This document shows positions 28,241-39,501 of a DNA stretch of 64,000 nt, piece after piece. Origin of the DNA: Spirochaetia bacterium (lineage in GTDB: Bacteria; Spirochaetota; Spirochaetia; SP-2023); NCBI GenBank assembly GCA_965225855.1, contig CBDDCK010000005.1:672001-736000 (forward strand). The letters are read 5' to 3'. The position numbers and the translations under genes were made by a program. Below the pieces are notes generated by a model that was given only the letters and a program-made list of their open reading frames with translations, searched no databases and was not told where the DNA came from. Position 1 is the stretch's first letter. The number at the start of each line of letters is the position of its first letter.

Positions 28241-30334
28241 TTATTTATTCTTTTCGGCTCGTTTCTTCTGGTATTTTTTAATTAACTCGTCTGCAACCCC
28301 TTGGGGGACTTTAGTGTATTTTGCAAATTCCATAGAAAATTCTGCTTTACCTTGGGTTAAGGAACGCAAGTTGGTTGAATAGCCAAACATTTCTGAAAGT
28401 GGAACTTCAGCCTGAATCGTAACAATCATACCTTCTTCTTGGTTGTCAACAATCATGCCACGGCGTTGATTTAAACTACCGAGTATGGCTCCTTGAAATT
28501 CTGAAGGGCCTTGGACTTCAACCATCATCACTGGCTCAAGAATCACTGGCTTAGCTTTGGCATAAGCTTCGCGAAAAGCACCCACAGCGGCTGCTTGGAA
28601 CGCATTGTCAGAAGAATCCACAGGGTGGCTTTGTCCATCGTTAATGGTCATTCTAATACCAACAATGGGAAACCCAATAAGCGACCCTTCACTTAAACAA
28701 GCTTGGAAACCTTTATCACATGAAGGAATGTATTCGGTAGGAATCACGCCACCTTTGACTTGATTTACAAATTCGTAGTCTCTTTCTTCAAGAGGCTCCA
28801 TAACGCCGGCGACGCGGCCATATTGGCCTGAACCACCTGTTTGTTTTTTGTGGGTATAGTTAAACTCTGCTGCTGTCGAAATAGCTTCACGATAGGCAAC
28901 TTGCGGAGCACCAACGACAACTTCGGCACCGTATTCGCGCTTCATACGCTCAACATATACTTCCAGATGTAATTCACCCATTCCTTGGATAATTGTCTGG
29001 TTAGATTCGTCATCGACATAGGTGCGGAAGGTTGGGTCTTCTTTGGTAAAGCGATTGAGTGCTTTGGCCATTTTGTCCGATGCACTTTTGTCTTTCGGGG
29101 TAATGGACAACGATATAACGGGATTGGGCACATACATCGAGGTCATAGACAGGCTGTATCCTTGCTGGCAGAAGGTATCACCAGAAGCGCAGTCTATACC
29201 AAACAAACCAATAATATCACCCGGCCCCGCTGCCGAAACATCTTCGATACTATTGGAATGAATGCGCACTAGGCGCCCCACTTTAAAACGTTTTTGAGAC
29301 CGAACATTGAGAAGGTCGACACCTTTTTTGACAATTCCTTGGTAAACGCGAACATAGGTCAATTGACCGTATTGCCCGTCATCCAGCTTAAAGGCTAAAG
29401 CAACCGTTGACTTACTGGCATCGGATTCAAGCCCTACTTCAGCTTCATCTTTTTCCAAATCAAGGGCCACATTACTTACATCGCTAGGGCAGGGGAGATA
29501 GCGATCTACAGCATCGAGCAAGGGCTGAACCCCTTTATTTTTATAGGCCGAACCGACAAATACCGGACACAGTTTTAATTCGATTACAGCCTTGCGCACT
29601 ACATCATAAATTAACTCGATTGGAATTTCTTTTTCCTCAAGGATTAATTCCATTAGCTCATCAGAAAAATGGGACAATTCGTCAAGCATTTCATGACGCT
29701 TTTCTTCTGCCTCCACTTTTAAAGCTTCCGATATGCCGGCTTCGCGCACCGAGTAACGCTCATCTGCATCAAAATAAAGAGCCTTCATAGTTATTAAATC
29801 TACGCAACCTTCATGCTTATCCTCCAGTCCAATGGGGATTTGCATCATAACGGGATTGAGGTTTAGTTTATAGCGCAGCTGCTCTTTCACGCGGTATGGG
29901 TTGGCCCCTGTTCGATCACATTTATTTATAAATGCCAAGCGTGGTACATTGTAGCGTTTGAGCTGGCGATCCACGGTAATCGATTGGGACTGCACACCAG
30001 AAACAGAACACAGAACAAGGATAGCACCATCAAGCACACGCAAAGCGCGTTCAACCTCTACTGTAAAATCTACGTGTCCAGGGGTATCAATAATATTGAC
30101 AACTTTATCTTTCCACTGTACTTGGGTGGAAGCTGAAGTTATGGTAATACCACGCTCGCGCTCTAACTCCATGTGATCCATGGTAGCTCCAACCCCATCT
30201 TTACCACGAACCTCATGAATGGCGTGTATGCGCTGACAAAAAAACAAAATTCGTTCTGTTAAAGTTGTTTTACCTGAGTCAATATGCGCACTAATACCGA
30301 TATTACGCATAGTAGGTACATTAATAAGTGCCAT
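28241..30334 (-). CDS. fusA: Elongation factor G (spirochaete/mitochondrial EF-G1 type)
   Basis: [46 protein letters not shown]; not in an str operon. Confidence 0.97.
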   Translation of the reverse strand: MALINVPTMRNIGISAHIDSGKTTLTERILFFCQRIHAIHEVRGKDGVGATMDHMELERERGITITSASTQVQWKDKVVNIIDTPGHVDFTVEVERALRVLDGAILVLCSVSGVQSQSITVDRQLKRYNVPRLAFINKCDRTGANPYRVKEQLRYKLNLNPVMMQIPIGLEDKHEGCVDLITMKALYFDADERYSVREAGISEALKVEAEEKRHEMLDELSHFSDELMELILEEKEIPIELIYDVVRKAVIELKLCPVFVGSAYKNKGVQPLLDAVDRYLPCPSDVSNVALDLEKDEAEVGLESDASKSTVALAFKLDDGQYGQLTYVRVYQGIVKKGVDLLNVRSQKRFKVGRLVRIHSNSIEDVSAAGPGDIIGLFGIDCASGDTFCQQGYSLSMTSMYVPNPVISLSITPKDKSASDKMAKALNRFTKEDPTFRTYVDDESNQTIIQGMGELHLEVYVERMKREYGAEVVVGAPQVAYREAISTAAEFNYTHKKQTGGSGQYGRVAGVMEPLEERDYEFVNQVKGGVIPTEYIPSCDKGFQACLSEGSLIGFPIVGIRMTINDGQSHPVDSSDNAFQAAAVGAFREAYAKAKPVILEPVMMVEVQGPSEFQGAILGSLNQRRGMIVDNQEEGMIVTIQAEVPLSEMFGYSTNLRSLTQGKAEFSMEFAKYTKVPQGVADELIKKYQKKRAEKNK

Positions 30335-30558
30335 GTTTAGGCGATCTCCTTTGTGAGAAACCCTAAAATATTTTATCTATATAAAGCAAAACTACTTCCG
30401 ACAAAAATTCTCAGAGCTTTCGGATATTATTATATTAGGAATAATTTCATTACCGATCAAAGCTTGTACATCATTGACTATAAGTTTTGACAAAAGAGGC
30501 ATTATTGTGGCGAAATCTGCAAGAAAAGACAAGATGGATAATAAAAAAAGGAATATGG

Positions 30559-31041
30559 TTACTTTTCTAATTTAAGATTTTTACGCAGGTTTTCTATTGG
30601 CATGCTAAAAAAATCCATATTTATTTTATTTCCTAACATTTTACAATGACCATTGATCTGGGCTCCGCTTTGAATAGACAACTGCTTTGTTAAAATATCT
30701 CCAACCAACTTGCAATTATTGCGCAAGATACTTTTCCCTTGGGCTTGAATGTTGCCCGTAATCTGGCCATAACAGTCTAATATTTGGCAATGAATATCCC
30801 CATCTACTTTTCCACTTTTGCTCAATTCTAAGTTTCCTTCACGCGCTAAGATAGAACCTTCAAGTTTGCCCGAAAAATACATATTCCCTGAAAATTCTAA
30901 TTCTCCATTGATCTGGGCACCTTCTGCAACGCGGGAGGCATTGGCACTGAGCATGCTAGATTCTGAGCCCGGCATATTAGAAGCAGCACTCAAAGCCTCT
31001 ACGATTTTTTCTTTAGGGCTACTTCTACGAAGTCTTGCCAT
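30559..31041 (-). CDS. Bactofilin (polymer-forming cytoskeletal protein)
   Basis: Repeated IxGxI beta-helix motifs, GAQINGHCKM. Confidence 0.85.
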   Translation of the reverse strand: MARLRRSSPKEKIVEALSAASNMPGSESSMLSANASRVAEGAQINGELEFSGNMYFSGKLEGSILAREGNLELSKSGKVDGDIHCQILDCYGQITGNIQAQGKSILRNNCKLVGDILTKQLSIQSGAQINGHCKMLGNKINMDFFSMPIENLRKNLKLEK

Positions 31042-31137
31042 TCCAATCTTCCCCCGAAATTCAATAGTAATTTAGCCGATTCATTAGCTTGAACTTATTA
31101 CTCATTCTTTTAGAATAAATTTATTTTACTGAAATAA

Positions 31138-31464
31138 TCAATTATTGATCGGATGAACGATAGGCCATGTCACTTGCTTGAGCTCCTTGCCCGCACGGAA
31201 TAACGGTACCCCATGGCTTTCGACAGAAGTAATCTCACCTGTTCTCGGATTACGAGCTTTCTCTTTGCCTTTTCGTGTCCGCACCTCAAAAGTACCAAAC
31301 CCCCGTAACTCGATCACTTTATCCTCTTCTAGCGCATTTTTTACGTTTTCAAAAAAATGATCCAAAATCAACTTAATATCTTTACGATCCAAGTGAACTT
31401 GTTCTTTTAGATCATTTTGAATGTGTTCAACTAGTTCGGCTTTAGTTACTTTTTCTCTTTTCAC
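31138..31464 (-). CDS. HU/IHF-family DNA-binding protein (Hbb-like)
   Basis: IELRGFGTFEVR..ARNPRTGE; adjacent to rpsT as in other spirochaetes. Confidence 0.93.
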   Translation of the reverse strand: MKREKVTKAELVEHIQNDLKEQVHLDRKDIKLILDHFFENVKNALEEDKVIELRGFGTFEVRTRKGKEKARNPRTGEITSVESHGVPLFRAGKELKQVTWPIVHPINN

Positions 31465-31480
31465 CTGAAACTCCTACAGA

Positions 31481-31753
31481 TTAGCAGTTAGAACCCAAGA
31501 CATTTAGCTTTTTGGCTAAGCGGGATTTTTTACGAGCAGAAAAATTGGGATGGTAAACTTTTTTACCTGTAGCTGTATCAATAAGTTTGGCAAACAAGCG
31601 GAATTGTAATTTAGCAGCTTCTTTGTCTCCTCTTTTCAAGGCAGCTTCAAAGATCTTTATACTGGTCCGTACACGGCTTCGAGTTATTTTGTTGCGACTA
31701 TAACGCACAAGATTTTGGCGATGACGTTTTTTTGCATTTAATGAATTAGGCAA
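31481..31753 (-). CDS. rpsT: 30S ribosomal protein S20
   Basis: PNSLNAKKRHRQN..N..SRVRT..HPNFSARKKSRL; TTG start. Confidence 0.95.
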   Translation of the reverse strand: MPNSLNAKKRHRQNLVRYSRNKITRSRVRTSIKIFEAALKRGDKEAAKLQFRLFAKLIDTATGKKVYHPNFSARKKSRLAKKLNVLGSNC

Positions 31754-31821
31754 AATAAACTCCTTAAATATTATTGTAGACAATATGCTACAATACAACT
31801 AAATAATAAATTGTGATTCAA

Positions 31822-31992
31822 TTAGAAAAAATCACTGGGTCTGCGCTCTTGTTGCTTACAAGAATCGCACTCTGCATAGTGCTTCATCTTTCCAGATGAG
31901 AAAATTGATTTCATCTTGATTTCTCCGCCACAAGAATGTAAGATCTTTTTTGTAGAAAAGCTAGCGCGAGCATTTTTACTTTGTTGAGCCAT
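31822..31992 (-). CDS. Small 56-aa putative zinc-binding protein (not in the ORF track)
   Basis: MAQQSKNARASFSTKKILHSCGGEIKMKSIFSSGKMKHYAECDSCKQQERRPSDFF; GAGGT RBS; HxC..CxxC. Confidence 0.75.
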   Translation of the reverse strand: MAQQSKNARASFSTKKILHSCGGEIKMKSIFSSGKMKHYAECDSCKQQERRPSDFF

Positions 31993-32635
31993 TTTTATAC
32001 CTCTTTTCTAATTGAATTTAATGATCATGAAAATCTACTGATGTAGCTAAGAAATTCTATGAATAGCAAATAACGATAGCAGAATATACCAATCTTTAGA
32101 AAAGCTGTCAATAACAATTGTGCCTCTGATGAAGAAATTTGAAGTGATTATCCGATTGATATGGTTATAGTCTGTATTAAAGTTAGTACTTTATCGCTAC
32201 ATTTTTTAAATTGCTATAAATAATCTTGGGTTTAAAGTTCTATTCCATTATTATCTTGTGTCATTCTACTGCGTTTTCTAGGATAGCTTTATTCTTTATT
32301 GAGTTAATCAGTATATAGATATTTTTTATAATATCTTTTATGGTACGCTCTTTGCGGCTTTTTGTATATAAATAGTATTTTTTGCCGAAAAGTAGATACT
32401 AGAGTTTTATCACTTTGCATTTTTATTTGGTATAGGCCTTTGAATCAAGGCTAGATTCTTGGTGTGAATGTTTAGTAGAGGCTTATGTTTTTTCTCTGCC
32501 TCTGAAAGTTAAGTTCGATAGGGTCGTACTGCTTTTGGGGATTTTATATATTAGAAATGTAGTAAAAATCTGGGATGCTTTCTGCTTATTACAGATTACA
32601 GAGCTTGGGCATCTTTAGGCAATAAAGGTACAAAA

Positions 32636-34642
32636 ATGATAGATGAAGAACTTTTAAAAATTCCTGGATTGGCTGAATTGATTGAAAAAGGTTCTGATAT
32701 AGGCCATCTTACATACGAGGAGGTAGAGGTTATTTTGCCTGAAGATTTTAATAGTGAACAGATGGAAGACCTTCTTAATTTGATGGGAAAAAAAGGTATT
32801 ACTGTTGAAGTTGATGCTAGAGAGCAGTTATTGACATCAGAAAATTTTGATGGAGCAGTTGATACTGAGGCTGACTTAGAAACTGAGTTGGATAGAGAAC
32901 TTGATAGTGAGGATTTAAATGATAATCTAGACGAAAATTCTACTTTGCCTTTTGCTACTCATGGAGCTTCGCTCGATGGTGATGAAGAAATTTCTGTTGA
33001 GTATGCCGATCTTTTGAGTCATGATATTGAGGCTGAAAAATTTCATAATTATGAAGGAGCGGATAACAAAGATGATATTGAAGATGAGAACAATGATGAT
33101 CTTGAAGGGGAAAGTCATCATGCATTTTTAAAGTTGCTTGTCAATCGCAGCGAAGGAAATATTGACGATCCGATTCGTTTGTATCTTCGTGAAATCGGCA
33201 AAGTTCAATTATTGCGTGCTGAACAAGAAGTTGAGCTGTCGAAAAAAATGGAAGAAGGTGAAGATATTATTAAAAATGTGCTTAGGCGTTCTGGTATGAT
33301 TATTCCAGAATTTTATAGTTTGTCTCAAAAAGCATTTTCAAAAAAAAATCAGGTTGGCGAAGAAAATATCGAGGGAAGCAAAGATATTGAAAATGGAGAA
33401 TTTTTTACAGAAAAGCGTCGCCTCAACCAATACTATAAAGAACCTTTACGGGCCATTGCTGGGCAATTAAAAAGTTATATGGAGCTAAAGGAATCGATTC
33501 TAGATAACGGTGGCGATATTTTTATCGATGAAAAATTAAAGTTGAAACGTGCACAATTACTGAAACCTATTATGCAGATGAATATCCATCAGGAAGAAAT
33601 AATTTATTTTGCAGACAAATTTATCAATTCAGCCCAGCGTATTGGGCAATATCGAATTCAACGGCGTAAAATTGAGCAACTTTTACAAATACGCAATCAC
33701 AGTGAATTGCGCCAGCTCGGTCGACGTTTGGCCAATCAAAGTAAGGCTTATATTTTAGAAAGGGAGCTCGAATTAGATACTAACCAAATTAAGAATTTGA
33801 TTCATCAAGTTCAAGTTACCGATCAATGTTTGCGTGATATAGAAATTGAGTTGGAAAGTAGAACTTCTGAAATTCTGGATATGGCTAAAGAAGTGCAATA
33901 TGGTTCGTACATGATGAAGAGTGCGAAAGACCATTTAATTCGGGCTAACTTGCGTTTGGTTGTCAGTATTGCTAAAAAATATACCAATCGAGGGTTGCAT
34001 TTTTTTGATTTGGTACAAGAGGGAAATATCGGTTTAATTAAAGCTGTAGAAAAGTTTGAATATTCAAAGGGCTTTAAGTTTTCAACCTACGCTACATGGT
34101 GGATTCGCCAAGCTATTACTCGCTCTATTTCCGATCAAGCCCGAACGATTCGGGTGCCAGTGCATATGATTGAACAGATTAATAAAGTGGTGCGTGAATC
34201 TCGTCAGTTATTGCAATTAAAAGGGTGTGAGCCCACAGATGAGGAAGTTGCAGAGCGGTTAGGTTGGCAAGTCAAGCGTGTGAAGAGTGTGAAAAGTGTT
34301 GCTCGTGAACCGATTTCTTTGGAAACGCCGATTGGTGATGATGAAGATTCTAATTTAGGGGATTTTATTGAGGATAAATCAATTATAAATCCTTCAATAG
34401 AAACGACTTATCAAGTATTAAAAGAGCAGTTAGATGATACTTTGAAGACTTTACCTGAGCGTGAGCGCGAAGTGATTAAAATGCGTTTTGGTTTAAAAGA
34501 TGGCTATGCTCTGACTTTAGAAGAAGTGGGCTTAATGTTTAATGTAACGCGTGAGCGCATTCGCCAGATTGAGGCAAAAAGTTTAAAGCGTTTGCGTGCG
34601 AAAAGGCGTTCGCGTAAGCTCTTTGATTATTTGGAAGAATAG
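32636..34642 (+). CDS. rpoD: RNA polymerase primary sigma factor
   Basis: [47 protein letters not shown]. Confidence 0.98.
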   Translation: MIDEELLKIPGLAELIEKGSDIGHLTYEEVEVILPEDFNSEQMEDLLNLMGKKGITVEVDAREQLLTSENFDGAVDTEADLETELDRELDSEDLNDNLDENSTLPFATHGASLDGDEEISVEYADLLSHDIEAEKFHNYEGADNKDDIEDENNDDLEGESHHAFLKLLVNRSEGNIDDPIRLYLREIGKVQLLRAEQEVELSKKMEEGEDIIKNVLRRSGMIIPEFYSLSQKAFSKKNQVGEENIEGSKDIENGEFFTEKRRLNQYYKEPLRAIAGQLKSYMELKESILDNGGDIFIDEKLKLKRAQLLKPIMQMNIHQEEIIYFADKFINSAQRIGQYRIQRRKIEQLLQIRNHSELRQLGRRLANQSKAYILERELELDTNQIKNLIHQVQVTDQCLRDIEIELESRTSEILDMAKEVQYGSYMMKSAKDHLIRANLRLVVSIAKKYTNRGLHFFDLVQEGNIGLIKAVEKFEYSKGFKFSTYATWWIRQAITRSISDQARTIRVPVHMIEQINKVVRESRQLLQLKGCEPTDEEVAERLGWQVKRVKSVKSVAREPISLETPIGDDEDSNLGDFIEDKSIINPSIETTYQVLKEQLDDTLKTLPEREREVIKMRFGLKDGYALTLEEVGLMFNVTRERIRQIEAKSLKRLRAKRRSRKLFDYLEE

Positions 34643-34677
34643 TATATATTCGTTTTTTGTGTATATAGGAGAACTCA

Positions 34678-35499
34678 ATGAAAGAAATATTTATTAAATT
34701 GCAGGAATTGCAAAATATCTTGTCTAATAAATATCAGTTAGAGAATGAATTAGAGGTGATTCCTCGAGCCTTAAAAATGAAAGAAGAAATTCTTAGTCAG
34801 CAGAAAAAGCAATTTATTGATTTGAATAAAGCTTATGATGCGAATCAGCACGATATTGCACAATTGCGCAATGATTTTGTCCATATTGAGGGATTGCGTC
34901 AGGAAGCGGAGCAGCGTATGGACAAGATTAAAACCCAACGTGAATATGAGGCTTTGAATAAAGAAATTAGTGAGTATTCTAGCCAAGAATTGGCTTTGCA
35001 TCGTAAGCTCCAAAATTTGGAAAGCAAAGGCCAAGAATTGACTGAAAAACTGCAATCAGAAGGGAACTCTATCCATCTCCAAGAAGCTGAAATATCTGAT
35101 GAAAAATTGCGTATAGAAATTTTAATCCAAGAAAAACAAAATGGAATTTCTGCTTTAGAAGAACAAGAAAAATATCTTGCTCCTGGAATGGACACTGAGA
35201 TGCTCTACAAATTTGATCGCATTTTGCGCAATAAAGGTGGCAGGGGTATTGTTTCTATTTCACAAGGCATTTGTAGTGGATGTTTTATGATTTTACCACA
35301 GCAGTTTATGAATGATGTGCGCTCTAATGATGATGTGTATTTTTGTCCATATTGTAGTCGAATTCTTTTCTATGATGAAGCGGCTGCTTCTGGAGAGAAA
35401 ATCGGTACTGGTGTTCTCGACTATGACAGTGGCTATCACGATGATGTAGAAGGCTTGGTTGATTTAGTTGATGATAGTGATTTTAGTGATTTTGATTGA
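34678..35499 (+). CDS. Coiled-coil C4 zinc-ribbon protein (FlgZ/CT398-like)
   Basis: Long coiled coil then CSGC..CPYCSRIL. Confidence 0.88.
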   Translation: MKEIFIKLQELQNILSNKYQLENELEVIPRALKMKEEILSQQKKQFIDLNKAYDANQHDIAQLRNDFVHIEGLRQEAEQRMDKIKTQREYEALNKEISEYSSQELALHRKLQNLESKGQELTEKLQSEGNSIHLQEAEISDEKLRIEILIQEKQNGISALEEQEKYLAPGMDTEMLYKFDRILRNKGGRGIVSISQGICSGCFMILPQQFMNDVRSNDDVYFCPYCSRILFYDEAAASGEKIGTGVLDYDSGYHDDVEGLVDLVDDSDFSDFD

Positions 35500-35557
35500 A
35501 ACTTGTAGGGGTAGGTTTTGAATCATGATTTTTGTTGAATACGGGAGAAATAAATTT

Positions 35558-35929
35558 AGGGGTAGTCCGACCTATCGCTACACAAGATTGTAGAGGAAAG
35601 TCCGGGCTTCGTAGAGAAAGATGCTGGGTAGCTCCCAGACATTCTGCTAGATTTTTGGTAGGGTGCTAGATAGTGCCACAGAAAATATACCGCTTACTAT
35701 TTTGTTGTTTTTCAATGGTTTAGTGAGTAAGGGTGCAATGGTGTGGTAAGAGCGCACCGCTCACTTGGGGTACAAGTGGGGCAGGGTAAACCTCATCTGA
35801 AGCAAGTTCAAGCAATAATGGGGCTTCTCGTCTGTTATCATTATGGGTCGATCGCATGACTTTGTTGGAGACAATAAAGTTGAGATAAATGATAGGATAG
35901 AACAGAATCCGGCTTATGGGGCTATCCCT
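35558..35929 (+). ncRNA. rnpB: RNase P RNA (type A)
   Basis: GAGGAAAGTCCGGGCT, AGTGCCACAGAAAA, GGTAAGAGCGCACC, GGTAAACC, ACAGAATCCGGCTTA; P1 pairing GGGGTAGTCC/GGGCTATCCC. Confidence 0.96.
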
Positions 35930-35980
35930 TTTTGTTTTTATTATTATCTCTAATCTTTTATTTATATTTTAGGGAATTAA

Positions 35981-36883
35981 ATGAATAGTATTCGTAAAAC
36001 ATTTTTGATATTATTTCTGATTTTGTTGCTGCTTGGTTTTATCGTTATATTGTTTGGCTATTATTATATGTTTCAGGAAGTTAGCCAGGCAGAAGGTGCA
36101 GAAATTGAAATTTTATGGAATCAAGGAAAATTGAACGATATTATTCAAATTACGGTCGATAAATTGCAAAAAGATTCGCTTAATTTTCAGTTACTGCGTT
36201 ATACCGGTTATGCATATTTTTATCTGGCTTTAGGAGAAATTGAAGAATCTAAAAGGCAGCTTAGTTTAGAAATAGCGGTAAAATATTTACGCAAAGCATT
36301 AGTGGTTGGCAGTCCTAATAAAAAAGTATTGTCTGAAATTTATTATATTTTAGGGAAAAGCTATTTTCATCGGGGACTAACTATGCTTTCGTTATCTTTG
36401 GAATATTTGCAAAAATCTATAGAGCTTGGCTATAGTGCAAAAGATAGTTTTGAATTTTTGGCCGATGCCTATTGGCGATTGGGGAAAACGCAGAAAAGTT
36501 TAGAATACTTTGAAAATTTATATCAGAATGGTAAAACCTCCGATCGTTTTTTGTTGGCATATGGTCAAAGTTTGATTGGGGCTGGAGAAAATGGACAGGC
36601 TGAAATTGTATTGCTAAATGCGCAAAAAAGTACACAAAACCAGCTACTAATGGCTGAGATTCTTTTGCAATTGGCGCAAGTTTATTACAATACGGAGCGC
36701 TGGTTGGAGGCTAGGCTTTCTTTGGAGAAATCCTTGGAGAAGAAAGAATCAGCCGATGCTCATTATCTTTTGGGGGAAGTGTATCGTGCTTTAGAACAAC
36801 CTGTGCAAGCGCGTAGAGAGTGGCGTTTAACTTTGGAACTGGATGACCAATATAAAGCGGCATTCCAACGTTTACAAGAATAG
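35981..36883 (+). CDS. Membrane-anchored TPR protein
   Basis: N-terminal TM; repeated YYILG/AHYLLG TPR motifs. Confidence 0.8.
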   Translation: MNSIRKTFLILFLILLLLGFIVILFGYYYMFQEVSQAEGAEIEILWNQGKLNDIIQITVDKLQKDSLNFQLLRYTGYAYFYLALGEIEESKRQLSLEIAVKYLRKALVVGSPNKKVLSEIYYILGKSYFHRGLTMLSLSLEYLQKSIELGYSAKDSFEFLADAYWRLGKTQKSLEYFENLYQNGKTSDRFLLAYGQSLIGAGENGQAEIVLLNAQKSTQNQLLMAEILLQLAQVYYNTERWLEARLSLEKSLEKKESADAHYLLGEVYRALEQPVQARREWRLTLELDDQYKAAFQRLQE

Positions 36884-36892
36884 GAGTAAAGA

Positions 36893-37897
36893 GTGGGACT
36901 GTTTAGTAATTTTTTCGTTGATATTGGTATAGACTTAGGTACTTGTAATACATTGATTTATGTAGCTAATAGGGGCATTGTTTGTGCTGAGCCTTCTGTG
37001 GTAGCAGTAGAGCGGGGAACGAATAACGTTGTGGCGGTAGGGGAAGGAGCTAAACGTATTTTGGGGAAAACCCCTCGTACGATCCAAGCAATTCGCCCAT
37101 TGCGAGATGGTGTGATTGCCAAATTAGATTTGACGGAAGTCATGATTAAATATTTTTTGGATCGCACGATTTCTTCGCGGCTTTTGGTAAAGCCGCGCGT
37201 TGTGATAGGGGTGCCGTATTGTATCACGGAAGTGGAGCGAAAAGCTGTAGAAGATAGTGCTACTCGTGCTGGCGTCAGTAAAGTTGAATGTGTTTATGAA
37301 TCTTTATGTGCTGCAATAGGTGCGGATATTCCCATCAATGAGCCTGCTGGCCATATGGTGTGTGATATTGGTGGTGGCACAACTGAAATTTCGGTTGTTT
37401 CTTTGGGCGATTTAGTGGTTAGTAATGCGATCCGTATTGGTGGAGACGAGTTTGATGAGGCAATTGTCAAGCATATTCGCAGTGTACATAATTTAACTAT
37501 TGGTGAACAAACAGCCGAAAAATTGAAAATGAATATTGGAAATGCATTTCCCGAAAGTACGATAGAAAAGATGGAAATTAAAGGTACCGATGCAATTACA
37601 GGGCTGCCCCGCCGTCTTGAAGTGGATTCTGTAGAAATTCGTGAATCGATTAAAGACCCGGTGAATATTATTGTTGAATGGATTAAACGCACTTTTTCCG
37701 ATACGCCACCAGAGTTAGGTGCAGATATTATCGACCGCGGGATTGTATTGACTGGCGGTGGTGCGATGCTCAAAGGTCTTTCGCGTTTAATTGCTAAGGA
37801 AACAGGTGTGCCGGTATTATTGACAAATGAACCTTTGCTCTGTGTTGCCATTGGTGCCGGTCGTTTTCATGAAATAAATCAGAAAAAAGGTTATTAG
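36893..37897 (+). CDS. mreB: Rod shape-determining protein MreB
   Basis: IGIDLGT, EPSVVA, DIGGGTTE, LTGGGA. Confidence 0.97.
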   Translation: MGLFSNFFVDIGIDLGTCNTLIYVANRGIVCAEPSVVAVERGTNNVVAVGEGAKRILGKTPRTIQAIRPLRDGVIAKLDLTEVMIKYFLDRTISSRLLVKPRVVIGVPYCITEVERKAVEDSATRAGVSKVECVYESLCAAIGADIPINEPAGHMVCDIGGGTTEISVVSLGDLVVSNAIRIGGDEFDEAIVKHIRSVHNLTIGEQTAEKLKMNIGNAFPESTIEKMEIKGTDAITGLPRRLEVDSVEIRESIKDPVNIIVEWIKRTFSDTPPELGADIIDRGIVLTGGGAMLKGLSRLIAKETGVPVLLTNEPLLCVAIGAGRFHEINQKKGY

Positions 37898-38013
37898 CCA
37901 ATATATGTAATAATTGCGATAATTGGCTGTTTTTCTATATGTTGGGTAATGCCTTCGGGCTTTGTCGTTTTGCGTTTCTTAGATTCAAAGTCGCTCATTT
38001 GGGATGTAGATAA

Positions 38014-38985
38014 GTGAGAAAATCGGGCAACATAATTGGGCAAACAAAACGGAAAACAATTGCTCCGTTTGTTGGTTATATATTGGTTTCAGCCTTATTA
38101 TTGCCCCCGATAGCGATGCGCTCGTATGGAAAGTCGCTGGAGTATTATGGAGGAATGTCGATAAATAGTATTCTCCATTTTTTTCATTCTAGCAATCAAC
38201 GGGTATTAGCTGTTTTGCAAACTGCATTTTTCCTTAACTTTTGGGAAAATAAGTATCTTGAATCCGAAGCTTATCGCAAAGAGTTGGAATTTCAGATGGT
38301 CGATTTGCAGCGCAAAGCAGAGGAAAACCGCCAGCTGCGCCAAATTCTTTCTTTAGGGAATAATATTATTTGGAAACATGTCAATGCGCAAATTATCACT
38401 CGTTCGGGAAGTATGCTACAGGATTCCATTGCAATTGATGTTGGTTTGCGAGAAAAAATTTATCAAAATGCTCCTGTAATTGGTTTTGCTAACGGTAGAT
38501 ATGGCTTAATTGGTAAAGTGCAGACCGTTGGTCAAAAGCAATCTACCGTGGTTAGTTTAGTCAATCGCTATTATCAGCTGGGGGTTACGGCTATGTTGCA
38601 AAACTCTCGTTTTCACGGAATATTGAGCAGTAACAACGGTAGATTATATCGTTTGGATTTTATCAATCGCCAAGCTTTAAACAGTATTCAGAGCGGAGAT
38701 ATGGTCATCAGTGCAGGTTCTAAAGAGTCTTTATATCCGCGCGGGATACCAATTGGTTTTGTCCAACAAATAGAAGAACTCGAATATAATGCCTCGCTGT
38801 CTTTGGTGGTCAAACCGGTAGTCGAGCTCAGTCAAGTAGAGTATGTGGCTGTACTAATAAAAGATTTATTAGAAATTAATTTGGAAGGTAATGGTGAGCA
38901 GACTGAAAAAGATGCAGTAGGGCAAGAAAAAGTTATTCAGCAAAAATTTCCCGTTCTACGTGCTCGTCGTCAACCAGCAGAGTGA
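38014..38985 (+). CDS. mreC: Rod shape-determining protein MreC
   Basis: EENRQLRQIL coil, IDVG, YPRGIPIG; operon position. Confidence 0.88.
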   Translation: MRKSGNIIGQTKRKTIAPFVGYILVSALLLPPIAMRSYGKSLEYYGGMSINSILHFFHSSNQRVLAVLQTAFFLNFWENKYLESEAYRKELEFQMVDLQRKAEENRQLRQILSLGNNIIWKHVNAQIITRSGSMLQDSIAIDVGLREKIYQNAPVIGFANGRYGLIGKVQTVGQKQSTVVSLVNRYYQLGVTAMLQNSRFHGILSSNNGRLYRLDFINRQALNSIQSGDMVISAGSKESLYPRGIPIGFVQQIEELEYNASLSLVVKPVVELSQVEYVAVLIKDLLEINLEGNGEQTEKDAVGQEKVIQQKFPVLRARRQPAE

Positions 38986-38994
38986 GTAATTGAT

Positions 38995-39501
38995 ATGCAT
39001 ACTGTTTGGTATTTTTTGATTTTGTTTGCCAGTATTATTATACAGCAAGTTTTTTTTGTTCCATTAGCTAGCTATTTATGGGCAGAGCCACTGTTGCCAA
39101 TCATTATGCTCATTATTTTGGCTACGGCAACCGGCTCTGTGTTAGCTGAAAGTTTTGGTTTTTTTGCTGGCTTACTTTGGGGTTTTGCCAAAATAGATAC
39201 TGGAATTCCTCAAGGGGTCTATCCGTTTTTGTTGACGATTATTTGTTTTATATTGGGCCGCTTTTTGTATGACCGCTTTAAAGCTCCTAAAACATTGCTT
39301 TTGGTAATTTGTACTGCGGTTGCCGTACTATTTTGGGGTTTGGGCAGTATTGCTCTGAAGATACTTTTTGTGAATGCTTATTTGCCCAGTTTGATGGAAT
39401 TTGTGCAAATCTTCTTGAGTACAATTTATTCATCTTTACTTTGCATGGTGGTGAATCCGTTAATGCGTAAATTATTAGTCCGGTGGGAATGGAATGGCTA
39501 A
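38995..39501 (+). CDS. mreD: Rod shape-determining protein MreD
   Basis: Hydrophobic, GFFAGLLW; between mreC and pbp2. Confidence 0.78.
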   Translation: MHTVWYFLILFASIIIQQVFFVPLASYLWAEPLLPIIMLIILATATGSVLAESFGFFAGLLWGFAKIDTGIPQGVYPFLLTIICFILGRFLYDRFKAPKTLLLVICTAVAVLFWGLGSIALKILFVNAYLPSLMEFVQIFLSTIYSSLLCMVVNPLMRKLLVRWEWNG

